DNA of 53,984 nucleotides from Eubacteriales bacterium (lineage in GTDB: Bacteria; Bacillota; Clostridia; Oscillospirales; CAG-272): NCBI GenBank assembly GCA_045124835.1, contig JBGVMO010000153.1, positions 1 through 53,984 on the forward strand, given 5' to 3'. The position numbers and the translations under genes were made by a program. The notes beneath the pieces were generated by a model that searched no databases, was not told where the DNA came from, and saw only the letters and a program-made list of their open reading frames with translations. The stretch's first letter is position 1. The number at the start of each line of letters is the position of its first letter. Shown piece by piece: positions 44,886 through 53,984 of the stretch.

Positions 44886-46292
44886 ATGGAGTTTATAAAC
44901 AACGCCGTTTCTGCGGTAAACGACGCACTTTATACCTACGCTTTAATCATTCTGCTTGCCGCGGCGGGCATCTATTTTACCCTGCGCGGTCGCTTTTTGC
45001 AATTCCGCCTTTTAAAGGAGCAGTTCAAGGCGGTCACCGAAAAGCCTGCCGATAAAAAGCAGGTTTCCTCCTTTCAGGCCTTAATTGTTTCCACCGCCTC
45101 GCGCGTTGGAACGGGCAACATCATCGGCGTTTCCACCGCCATCTGCCTTGGAGGCTTCGGCTCTGTGTTCTGGATGTGGATAATCGCCCTTCTCGGCAGT
45201 GCCTCGGCCTTCGTGGAAAGTGTCTTGGCGCAGATCTACAAAAGAAAGAGTGAAGAGGGCTGTGTCGGTGGCCCTGCCTACTATATCGAGGCGGCCTTGA
45301 AATCAAGACCCCTCGCCATCATTTTCAGCATTTTTCTCGTGTTGACCTACGGCGTCGGCTTCAATATGCTGGCCTCCTTCAACCTGCAATCCACCTTCGC
45401 GGGCTATGCCTTTTATAACGAAAGCGTGACCCCGTGGATAATCGGCGGCATCTTTGCCGTCTTGGTCGGCATCTGCCTTTTTGGCGGCGGCAAGCGTATT
45501 ATCAAGGTCTCGGGGCTTCTCGTTCCCATGATGGGCGTTGCCTATATTCTCGTTGCCTTGACCTTAACCCTCATCAACCTTCCCACCCTGCCCTCCGTTT
45601 TTGCCCGCATCTTCAAAGAGGCCTTTGACCTTCGCGCCATCTTCGGCGGCATTAGCGGCTCCTGCCTGATGTACGGCATCAAGCGCGGCCTGTTCAGTAA
45701 CGAAGCGGGCGTTGGATCAGCGCCCAATGCCGCCGCCTCGGCTGAGGTGTCGCACCCCGTCAAGCAGGGTCTTTCGCAGGTGCTTTCCGTATTTATCGAC
45801 ACCGTTCTCGTCTGCTCCGCCACCGCCTTTATGTGTATGGTTTCGGGCGTTGAGCCCTCTGCCGCCCTTGAGGGCGCGCCCTACGTGCAGGCCTCGCTGA
45901 CGGCGCTGCTCGGCCCTGTTGGCCCCATTTTCATCACCGTCGCGATGATTCTCTTTGCCTTCACCACGATGATTGGCAACCTCTATTACGTGGATAGAGC
46001 CTGGTTCTTCCTCTTCAAGAAAGCGCCGCCCAAGGCCTTCCTTGTCGGCTATCGCATCGTTGCCTCGCTCTTGATTTTGCTTGGCGCAGGCCTTTCCGCA
46101 GGACTCCTTTGGGGCATTGCGGACGTCACGATGGGCTTGATGGCGCTTGTCAACGTGCCCGTTATCTTTATTTTGTCTAAGTACGCCTTCCGCGCCCTTG
46201 CCGACTACGAAAAGCAGCGCAAGGAAGGGAAGAATCCCGTCTTTAAGGCCTCCTCCGTCGGCCTTCCCGACAAGACGGATTATTGGAATTGA
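44886..46292 (+). CDS. Alanine/glycine:cation (sodium) symporter, AGCS family
   Basis: It has SSFQALIVSTASRVGTGNIIGV and SNEAGVGSAPNAAA. The ATG at 44886 follows AAGGAG. Confidence 0.88.
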   Translation: MEFINNAVSAVNDALYTYALIILLAAAGIYFTLRGRFLQFRLLKEQFKAVTEKPADKKQVSSFQALIVSTASRVGTGNIIGVSTAICLGGFGSVFWMWIIALLGSASAFVESVLAQIYKRKSEEGCVGGPAYYIEAALKSRPLAIIFSIFLVLTYGVGFNMLASFNLQSTFAGYAFYNESVTPWIIGGIFAVLVGICLFGGGKRIIKVSGLLVPMMGVAYILVALTLTLINLPTLPSVFARIFKEAFDLRAIFGGISGSCLMYGIKRGLFSNEAGVGSAPNAAASAEVSHPVKQGLSQVLSVFIDTVLVCSATAFMCMVSGVEPSAALEGAPYVQASLTALLGPVGPIFITVAMILFAFTTMIGNLYYVDRAWFFLFKKAPPKAFLVGYRIVASLLILLGAGLSAGLLWGIADVTMGLMALVNVPVIFILSKYAFRALADYEKQRKEGKNPVFKASSVGLPDKTDYWN

Positions 46293-46336
46293 TGCGCTTT
46301 TGAAAAACACTCTTTAACGTGAAAGGAAACGGCTTT

Positions 46337-47005
46337 ATGAAGGACAGCCTTTTCGGTAGAATGCAATACACCGTCAGATACCCCAAGGATTTTGACGAAA
46401 CGAAGAAATACCCCCTTTTGCTTTTTTTGCACGGCGCAGGAACGCGCGGCAACAATCTCGCCGCCCTGAAGGGCAACGCCTTTTTTAAGGAAACCGAGAA
46501 ATACGAGGATTTTCCCTTCGTGGTGGCGGCGCCCCTCTGCTCCGAGGATTGCTGGTTCGATATGCTTGAAACTTTAAAGGAGTGGGCAAGCGTGATGGCC
46601 GCGCATCCCTTCGTTGATACCGAGCGCGTCTATCTGATGGGCAACAGCATGGGTGGGTACGCCACTTGGCAGCTCGGAATGAGCCTGCCCTCTCTCTTTG
46701 CCGCCATCGTTCCCATTTGCGGCGGCGGTATGTATTGGAATGCGGGACGCCTTTCTTCCGTTCCCGTTTGGGCCTTCCACGGTGAGAAGGACACCACGGT
46801 TTTCGTGGAGGAAAGCAAGAAAATGGTGGCCGCAGTCAATGCGCGCGGCGGCAATGCCAAATTGACCCTTTATCCCGAAAACGGACACGATGCTTGGACG
46901 GATACCTACCGTAACCCCGAGGTGTTTTCTTGGCTTTTAGCCCAGAAAAAGCAAAAGGCCGCCGCCGACAGCGGTGAATATAACGACCAGAAGAAATACG
47001 GCTAA
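46337..47005 (+). CDS. Alpha/beta-hydrolase esterase (phospholipase/carboxylesterase or PHB-depolymerase-like)
   Basis: It has LFLHGAGTRG, the nucleophile elbow GNSMGG, FHGEKDTTV and a NGHD His. Confidence 0.7.
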   Translation: MKDSLFGRMQYTVRYPKDFDETKKYPLLLFLHGAGTRGNNLAALKGNAFFKETEKYEDFPFVVAAPLCSEDCWFDMLETLKEWASVMAAHPFVDTERVYLMGNSMGGYATWQLGMSLPSLFAAIVPICGGGMYWNAGRLSSVPVWAFHGEKDTTVFVEESKKMVAAVNARGGNAKLTLYPENGHDAWTDTYRNPEVFSWLLAQKKQKAAADSGEYNDQKKYG

Positions 47006-47016
47006 AAGGAGCCCCT

Positions 47017-47697
47017 ATGAAGACTAAAACCGTCTCTTATACCGAGACCCCCTTCGGTATGAATTACCAAATCTTTTACCCCGAGGACGAAAAAACCGAG
47101 GGCCTTCCCCTGCTTGTATACCTACACGGTGCAGGCGAGCGCGGCGTAAACCTGCCGCACATCTTCCGCCACGGCGTGCCCAAGCTGATAAAGGAGGGAA
47201 GAGAGCTTCCCGCTATCGTTCTTTGCCCCCAATGCCCCGCAGAGTATGTTTGGGATAACGTGGTAGAGAGGGTCAAGGGCATCATCGACGCGGTGGCGGC
47301 CGAATTTGCCGTTCAAAAGGATAGAATTTGTCTGACAGGCTCCAGCATGGGCGGCTTTGGCAGCTTTATGCTGGCCAAGACCTATGGCGGCTTTTTCTCT
47401 GCCGTTGCCCCCATTTCGGGCGGCGGTATGTCCTGGCGCGCCTGCAATCTCGTCAACACGCCCCTTTGGGCCATTCACGGTGCGCTTGACACCCTCGTTC
47501 CTCCCATTCTCTCCGAGCTGATGGTGAACGCCACCGTCGCCGCAGGCGGAAGCGCCCGCTTGACCCTCTTGGAGAACAAGGGACATAACGATGGCATTGA
47601 CGAGGCCTACCGCAACACAGAGGTGCTTTCTTGGCTCCTTGCCCAAAGAAGAACGGATTTCACCCCGCCTCACGAATTTTGCAGCGAGCTGTTTTAA
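47017..47697 (+). CDS. Alpha/beta-hydrolase esterase, tandem paralogue of the preceding gene
   Basis: It has VYLHGAGERG, GSSMGG, IHGALDTLV and KGHND. It shares the C-terminal SWLLAQ. Confidence 0.7.
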   Translation: MKTKTVSYTETPFGMNYQIFYPEDEKTEGLPLLVYLHGAGERGVNLPHIFRHGVPKLIKEGRELPAIVLCPQCPAEYVWDNVVERVKGIIDAVAAEFAVQKDRICLTGSSMGGFGSFMLAKTYGGFFSAVAPISGGGMSWRACNLVNTPLWAIHGALDTLVPPILSELMVNATVAAGGSARLTLLENKGHNDGIDEAYRNTEVLSWLLAQRRTDFTPPHEFCSELF

Positions 47698-47702
47698 CCG
47701 TT

Positions 47703-48575
47703 ATGATGTCCTATATATACTTGATTTTAGCCGCGATTTTTTCCGCGATGCTCAGCGTAATGAGCACCGTCTTTAACAAAACAAACGAGGGCATTCTTCA
47801 CACCTCGCCTCTCTATAATCTCTTGGTTTCGGCAAGCGCCGCGACCGGCTGGGGCATCCTATTTGCCCTTGAGCCCTCCTTTGATGCGCGCGTGCTGCTC
47901 TATTCCGTTGCCTACGGCGTCTTTTACGCAATGGCCATCTTCGGTCTCTTTCAGGCCATCGGAACGGGCATCGTCTCGATGACCGCCTTCATCAAGCAGC
48001 TTTCCTTCCTCGGCGTCGCCATTTGGGGCTTCATCTTCTGGCAAGCCCCCCTGACCGTGAACGTCGGCATCGGCCTTGCCTTGATGATCGGCGCGCTCTA
48101 TCTCTGCTTCAAGCCGCAGAAAAACGGCGCCTCCAAAAAAACGCTTCTCAAATGGTTCGTCGGCGCCATGATGCTTCTCGGCGGCAACGTCGCCTGCTCG
48201 GTCATTCAGAAATATCAGCAAATGGCCTTTAACGGACAGCATCGCAATCTTTTTATGTTCGCCGCCGTCCTCTTCGCCGCCTTTATCTTCCTTTTCCTCT
48301 TCTTCAAGGAAAAGAAGCCCGATTTTTGCCGCCTTCCCAAAAGGACCCTGCTTTTGCCCGTCATCGGCGGCTTCAGCAGCACCGCCCTCAATCTTTTCAC
48401 CCTGCTTTTGATGGCCTCCACCCTCTCGGAATCCATCTTCTTCCCCTGCATCGCCATCGGCACCTTGACGATAACAACCCTCTTCGCCGTGTTCGTCTAC
48501 CGCGAGCGCCTCGCTCGCGCCCAATGGCTCGGCCTCCTCGTCGGCGCCGTTGCCTTGGTGTTCTTGAATATCTGA
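47703..48575 (+). CDS. DMT/EamA-like 10-TM membrane transporter
   Basis: It is about 290 aa and polytopic, with an internal two-fold repeat of five TM helices. I prefer the ATG at 47703, just after the previous stop. Confidence 0.6.
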   Translation: MMSYIYLILAAIFSAMLSVMSTVFNKTNEGILHTSPLYNLLVSASAATGWGILFALEPSFDARVLLYSVAYGVFYAMAIFGLFQAIGTGIVSMTAFIKQLSFLGVAIWGFIFWQAPLTVNVGIGLALMIGALYLCFKPQKNGASKKTLLKWFVGAMMLLGGNVACSVIQKYQQMAFNGQHRNLFMFAAVLFAAFIFLFLFFKEKKPDFCRLPKRTLLLPVIGGFSSTALNLFTLLLMASTLSESIFFPCIAIGTLTITTLFAVFVYRERLARAQWLGLLVGAVALVFLNI

Positions 48576-48894
48576 CCCCTCCCCAATAGGCAAGCCGAGT
48601 CGAGTAAGCCCCCATTTCCGCATCTACTGTTGCACCGCTTCGCATCGGCTCTTGCCCTCCCCCACTCTTGAAAAACCAAAAAGCGCCGCACGGCGCAAAA
48701 AAACGCTTGGCAGACAGTATGGAGTAGAAGCAGATACTTGCAAAAAAAGGGGCGTGGTTGTTGGCTATGATAACACTTGCCGCTTTTTTATAGACAGGCG
48801 TGCATTTAATGCATTGGAGGAAGCCAAAAAGGCATTCAACAAATTCAAGGAGCTTGACGACTCGGGCTTCCGTTCATTAAAAAATATTTCATTC

Positions 48895-48926
48895 GGGCTG
48901 TCTGAAAAGGACAGCCCGTCTTTTTG
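48895..48926 (+). terminator. Orphan intrinsic terminator in the intergenic region upstream of rpoB
   Basis: GGGCTGTC pairs with GACAGCCC around a 7-nt loop. GTCTTTTTG follows. Confidence 0.6.
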
Positions 48927-48986
48927 CCCCAAAAGGACAAAAAAAGGGGCGTTTTGAAAAAAATCAAACAAATTTTGGAAAAAGGC

Positions 48987-49015
48987 TTGACAAATAAGAG
49001 AATTTTGTGTACAAT
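48987..49015 (+). promoter_or_regulatory. Sigma-A promoter of rpoB-rpoC
   Basis: It reads TTGACA, a 17-nt spacer, then TACAAT. Confidence 0.65.
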
Positions 49016-49058
49016 ATTAAAATGCGTAAAATTGGCTTTTAGCGCCCAAGCATAGTTT

Positions 49059-49138
49059 AAATTTACAAAAAACGCTATATTTGTTTACAAAAAAGAGCGA
49101 AATTTTCTGTAAACAATATAAAGACAAACTGTAAATTT
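49059..49138 (+). promoter_or_regulatory. Nested inverted repeats in the roughly 200-nt rpoB leader
   Basis: The outer pair is AAATTTACA (49059-67) with TGTAAATTT (49130-38). The inner pair is GTTTACA (49083-89) with TGTAAAC (49108-14). Confidence 0.5.
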
Positions 49139-49221
49139 CAGGCATTTGGTGGACTGAAAAGCGACCCCTTTACTTAGTAAAACCAATTTTGAATATGAAA
49201 GAAATGGAGTGATTCAAAATT

Positions 49222-52200
49222 ATGCAGTTAAAACCCAAAAAGTTAGGCACGAACACCCGAATGAGCTTCGCCAGAATTGACGATACGCTTGAAATGCCGA
49301 ACCTGATTGAAGTGCAGAAGAAGTCTTTCCGCTGGTTCTTGGAGGAAGGTCTTAACGAGGTGCTTCACGACATTTCGCCTATCGTGGACTACTCGGGCAA
49401 TCTTTCGATGGATTTCGTATCCTACTCGCTGGACCCCAACCCCAAGTATTCCGTTGAGGAGTGCAAGGAGAGAGACGCCACCTACGAAGCGCCCCTTCGT
49501 ATGCAGGTTCGTCTGACCAACAAGGAAACGGGCGAAATCAAGTCCTCCGAGATTTTCATGGGCTGCTTCCCTCTGATGACGGATAACGGAACCTTCGTTA
49601 TCAACGGTGCTGAGCGTGTTATCGTTTCTCAGATCATCCGTTCTCCCGGCATCTACTACGGAAGCGCAATGGACATCAAGGGCAAGCGCAGCTATACCGC
49701 AACGGTTATCCCCTACCGCGGTGCTTGGCTTGAATACGAGACCGATGCCTCCGACGTTTTCTATGTCAAGATTGATAAGAACAGAAAGATCCCCGTCACC
49801 GTTCTCATTCGCGCACTGGGCGAGGAGTCGGACGAGGACATCTTCCGCCTCTTTGGAGACGACAAGATTTTGGCCGCCACCATCGAGAAGGACGATAGCG
49901 GCAAGCTCGCTGCCGAAAACGGCACGGGTCTTGGCGAGGAAGCCCTCAAGACCATCTATAAGAGAATGCGTCCCGGCGAGCCGCCTCTGGTGGAAAGCGC
50001 CCAGGCTCTCGTCAATATGACCTTCTTTGACCCCAAGCGTTACGCCTTGGCGGCAGTTGGCCGTTACAAGTACGATAAGAAGCTCTCCCTTGGCAACCGT
50101 ATCGTCGGCTTCAAGCTGGCGCGTCCCGTTGTCAGCGTTCTGACGGGCGAAATCCTCGGCGAAGAGGGTCAGTTCGTTACGAAGGCTATGGCAGACGCCA
50201 TTGATGCCTCCGCCGTTAACGAGATTTACCTCTTTAACGAGCAGGACGAAGAGGTTAAGCTCTTCTCCAACGGCACCGTTCGCCCCGTGGACGTTCTCGG
50301 CTTCGACCTTCGCGCCGAGGGCATTGACGGCAAGGTTCGCTATGCCATCTTGAAGGAAATCATGGAGGAGACCGAGGGCGACGTTGACGCACTCAAGAAG
50401 AGATGCCGCGAAAGAGCCCACGAGCTTGCTCCCCGTCATATCACCAAGGACGATATCCTGTCCTCCATTAACTATATGCTGGCTCTGGCCAACGGCATCG
50501 GCTCCACCGATGACATTGACCACCTTGGCAACCGCCGCCTGCGTTGCGTTGGCGAGCTTTTGCAGAACCAGCTCCGTATCGGTATGACCCGTATGGACAA
50601 GAACATCAAGGAAAGAATGTCGGTGCACGATTCCTCCGAGATGACGCCCGCCTCCTTGATTAACTCCCGTCCCGTAACCACCGCCATTCGTGAGTTCTTC
50701 GGCTCCTCTCCCCTTTCGCAGTTCATGGACCAGAACAACCCCTTGGCAGAGCTGACGCACAAGCGCCGTCTCTCCGCGCTCGGCCCCGGCGGCTTGACGC
50801 GTGACCGCGCCTCCTTTGACGTGCGTGACGTTCACTATACCCATTACGGAAGAATTTGTCCTATCGAGACGCCTGAAGGCCCTAACATCGGTCTGATTTC
50901 CTACCTTGCAACCTACGCGCGCATCAGCGAGTACGGCTTCTTGGAGGCTCCCTACCGCAAGGTAGACAAGGAGACGGGCATCGTAACCGACGAGGTCGAG
51001 TACATGACCGCCGACGTTGAGGACAACTACGTTATCGCCCAGGCAAACGAGCCCTTGGACGAGAACGGCCGCTTTGTCAACCGCCGCGTTGTTGCGCGCG
51101 ATAAGGCAGAAATCGGCGAGTTTGACGTTTCTCAGATTGATTATATGGACGCATCGCCCCGTATGCTCGTGTCCGTTGCCACCGCTATGATTCCCTTCTT
51201 GGAGAACGACGATAACACCCGTGCTCTGATGGGATCGAACATGCAGAAGCAGGCCGTTCCGTTGATGATGACCGACTCTGCGTACGTTGCAACGGGTATG
51301 GAATACAAGGCCGCCGTTGACTCCGGTGCTGTTGTGGTTGCCAAGGCAGCGGGCGTGGTCGAAAAGGCCTGCGCCGATACCATCGTGATTTTGAATGACG
51401 AGGGCCATAAGGACGTTTATAAGCTTATCAAGTTTAAGCGCTCCAACCAGGGCACCTGCGTCAACCAGCGCCCCATCGTTGCGGAGAACGAGAGAGTGGA
51501 GAAGGGTCAGGTTATTGCCGACGGCCCTGCAACCTCCAACGGCGAAATTGCCCTTGGTAAGAACGCTCTTATCGGCTTCATGACTTGGGAGGGCTATAAC
51601 TACGAGGACGCTGTTCTTCTGAACGAGCGCTTGGTTCGTGACGACGTTTACACCTCTATTCACATTGAAGAGCATTCCATCGAGGCAAGAGACACCAAGC
51701 TTGGCCCGCAGGAAATCACCCGCGAGGTTCCTTACGTTGGTGAGGATGCCCTGAAGGACTTGGATGCCGACGGTATTATCCGTGTCGGTACCGAGGTTCA
51801 CGCAGGCGACATTCTGGTTGGTAAGGTAACGCCCAAGGGCGAAACCGACCTGACCCCCGAGGAGCGCCTCCTTCGCGCCATCTTCGGCGAGAAGGCAAGA
51901 GAGGTCAGAGACTCCTCCTTGCGTCTGCCCCACGGTGAATCGGGTATCGTCGTTGACGTTAAGGTGTTCACCCGCGAAAACTCCTCCGAGCTTGCCCCCG
52001 GTGTCAACAAGGTTGTTCGCGTTTATATTGCACAGAAGAGAAAAATCTCCGTTGGTGACAAAATGGCAGGCCGTCACGGTAACAAGGGTGTCGTTTCCCG
52101 CATTTTGCCCCCCGAGGATATGCCCTTCCTTCCCGACGGTACGCCTCTTGATATCGTGCTGAATCCTCTGGGCGTTCCTTCCCGTATGAACATCGGTCAG

Positions 52201-53121
52201 GTGTTCGAGGTGCATCTCGGTATCGCCGCAAGAGAGCTGGGCATGAAGATTATGACCCCTGTTTTCGACGGTGCAAAGGAAACCGATATCATCGATTGCT
52301 TGCACAAGGCAGGCCTTTGCCGCGACATCCGCGATGGCGAGAACGTCAAGGGCAAGTCCGTGTTCTTGGAGGAATTCGATGAGAACGGCAAGCGTATTCT
52401 CTCCCGCTTGGATGAGGAAACCCTCAACAATCCCGAGGAATATGCAAGACTTCTGGCTGAAAAGAAGCTGAAGGTGATTGACGGTAAGACCACGCTGTAT
52501 GACGGACGCACGGGCGAAGCCTTTGACAACCCCGTAACCGTCGGCGTAATGTACTACCTGAAGCTGCATCACCTGGTAGACGATAAGATTCACGCCCGTT
52601 CCAACGGTCCGTACTCCTTGGTAACCCAGCAGCCTCTCGGCGGTAAGGCCCAGTTCGGTGGCCAGCGCTTCGGAGAGATGGAGGTTTGGGCACTTGAGGC
52701 ATACGGCGCCGCATACACCCTGCAGGAGATTCTGACTGTTAAGTCTGACGATATCTCGGGCAGAACCAAGGCCTTTGAGGCTATCGTTAAGGGTGAGAAC
52801 ATCCCCACCCCCGGTATCCCCGAGTCCTTCAAGGTGTTGGTAAAGGAATTGCAGTCCTTGGCCTTGAACATTCGCGTGCTGGATGAAAACGGTGAGGAAA
52901 TTGAGCTTTCCGAGCTGATGGAGGACGATGCGCCCTCCTTCGCCACCATCGACGAGGTTGAAGAGGCCGTGGATCGTATGATTCCGCAGGATGACGGCTC
53001 GGAGGATTCCGACGAGGACATCTCCGACGAGGACGACGATTTTGATCCCGATGACGAGGACGTATTCGGCGACTTCGTGGATGACGTGCTTTCCGACGAA
53101 GACTACGATGAAGACAACTGA
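49222..53121 (+). CDS. rpoB: DNA-directed RNA polymerase subunit beta
   Basis: 1299 aa with canonical motifs throughout (for example [15 protein letters not shown] and [26 protein letters not shown]). The C-terminal tail is strongly acidic. Confidence 0.99.
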   Translation: MQLKPKKLGTNTRMSFARIDDTLEMPNLIEVQKKSFRWFLEEGLNEVLHDISPIVDYSGNLSMDFVSYSLDPNPKYSVEECKERDATYEAPLRMQVRLTNKETGEIKSSEIFMGCFPLMTDNGTFVINGAERVIVSQIIRSPGIYYGSAMDIKGKRSYTATVIPYRGAWLEYETDASDVFYVKIDKNRKIPVTVLIRALGEESDEDIFRLFGDDKILAATIEKDDSGKLAAENGTGLGEEALKTIYKRMRPGEPPLVESAQALVNMTFFDPKRYALAAVGRYKYDKKLSLGNRIVGFKLARPVVSVLTGEILGEEGQFVTKAMADAIDASAVNEIYLFNEQDEEVKLFSNGTVRPVDVLGFDLRAEGIDGKVRYAILKEIMEETEGDVDALKKRCRERAHELAPRHITKDDILSSINYMLALANGIGSTDDIDHLGNRRLRCVGELLQNQLRIGMTRMDKNIKERMSVHDSSEMTPASLINSRPVTTAIREFFGSSPLSQFMDQNNPLAELTHKRRLSALGPGGLTRDRASFDVRDVHYTHYGRICPIETPEGPNIGLISYLATYARISEYGFLEAPYRKVDKETGIVTDEVEYMTADVEDNYVIAQANEPLDENGRFVNRRVVARDKAEIGEFDVSQIDYMDASPRMLVSVATAMIPFLENDDNTRALMGSNMQKQAVPLMMTDSAYVATGMEYKAAVDSGAVVVAKAAGVVEKACADTIVILNDEGHKDVYKLIKFKRSNQGTCVNQRPIVAENERVEKGQVIADGPATSNGEIALGKNALIGFMTWEGYNYEDAVLLNERLVRDDVYTSIHIEEHSIEARDTKLGPQEITREVPYVGEDALKDLDADGIIRVGTEVHAGDILVGKVTPKGETDLTPEERLLRAIFGEKAREVRDSSLRLPHGESGIVVDVKVFTRENSSELAPGVNKVVRVYIAQKRKISVGDKMAGRHGNKGVVSRILPPEDMPFLPDGTPLDIVLNPLGVPSRMNIGQVFEVHLGIAARELGMKIMTPVFDGAKETDIIDCLHKAGLCRDIRDGENVKGKSVFLEEFDENGKRILSRLDEETLNNPEEYARLLAEKKLKVIDGKTTLYDGRTGEAFDNPVTVGVMYYLKLHHLVDDKIHARSNGPYSLVTQQPLGGKAQFGGQRFGEMEVWALEAYGAAYTLQEILTVKSDDISGRTKAFEAIVKGENIPTPGIPESFKVLVKELQSLALNIRVLDENGEEIELSELMEDDAPSFATIDEVEEAVDRMIPQDDGSEDSDEDISDEDDDFDPDDEDVFGDFVDDVLSDEDYDEDN

Positions 53122-53150
53122 TTCCGAAGACGGAACGAAAACGAGAGTGA

Positions 53151-53984
<834 letters not shown>

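Noticed and set aside
48652-48957. A 101-aa ORF in the intergenic region before rpoB.
   Set aside because: It has no RBS. An intrinsic terminator hairpin (48895-48926) lies inside it. The N-terminal half is basic junk. It is treated as non-coding, but the region is flagged as a finding.
49243-52593. A 1116-aa ORF antisense to rpoB. Similar long antisense ORFs exist at 40615-42516 (antisense to dnaK), 30859-32448 (ABC-F/mgtC), 17095-18540 (proS), 25130-26143 (argS), 43135-44418, 38878-40092, 36823-37635, 32889-33836, 7609-8649, 8640-9665, 929-1921 and 20497-21312.
   Set aside because: These are shadow ORFs opposite strongly recognisable genes. Their composition is low-complexity G/A/V/L/R/H-rich. 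They have no RBS and no recognisable motifs. Such ORFs are typical of GC3-biased coding regions.

Overview
A 53,984-bp chromosomal window that looks like a Firmicutes/Clostridia-type bacterium. That assignment is an inference from three things: hrcA-CIRCE-grpE-dnaK-dnaJ, rny-ymdB, and rpmH-rnpA-yidD-yidC-jag-mnmE. I support 47 protein-coding features, mostly housekeeping. They include the rpmH...mnmE block, potABCD, proS, trmL, mgtE, yebC, argS, uxaC, mtnN, an ABC-F ATPase, mgtC, a CNNM/CorC transporter, rny, ymdB, the dnaK operon, an AGCS symporter, rpoB and the 5' part of rpoC. Many sigma-A-type promoters with 17-nt spacers and many intrinsic terminators are readable by eye. I found no rRNA, tRNA, CRISPR array, transposase or integrase. 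The stand-out is the leftmost 5.8 kb (122-5814). It is a translationally coupled three-gene cassette bracketed by terminator hairpins. It encodes a large SNF2/DEAH helicase with no methyltransferase module, a MoxR/AAA_5-like AAA+ ATPase, and a zincin-like (HExxH) plus VWA/MIDAS protein. It matches no named system I know and is my best candidate for an undescribed NTP-dependent conflict/defence or nucleoprotein-remodelling system. It sits where mnmG/rsmG would normally follow mnmE. Secondary observations: two long structured leaders upstream of Mg2+ transporter genes share short motifs (M-box-like, class unverified). An array of GTGAAAT/ATTTCAC heptamers with GC mini-hairpins lies in a convergent intergenic region. 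A catalytically degenerate BirA-like protein sits in an operon with a small membrane protein and a minimal M50 protease. There is also a collapsed SDR gene remnant, a pair of tandem esterase paralogues, and a nested inverted-repeat leader ahead of an rpoB that lacks an upstream rplJ-rplL. All family assignments come from motif reading and memory. No searches were run.
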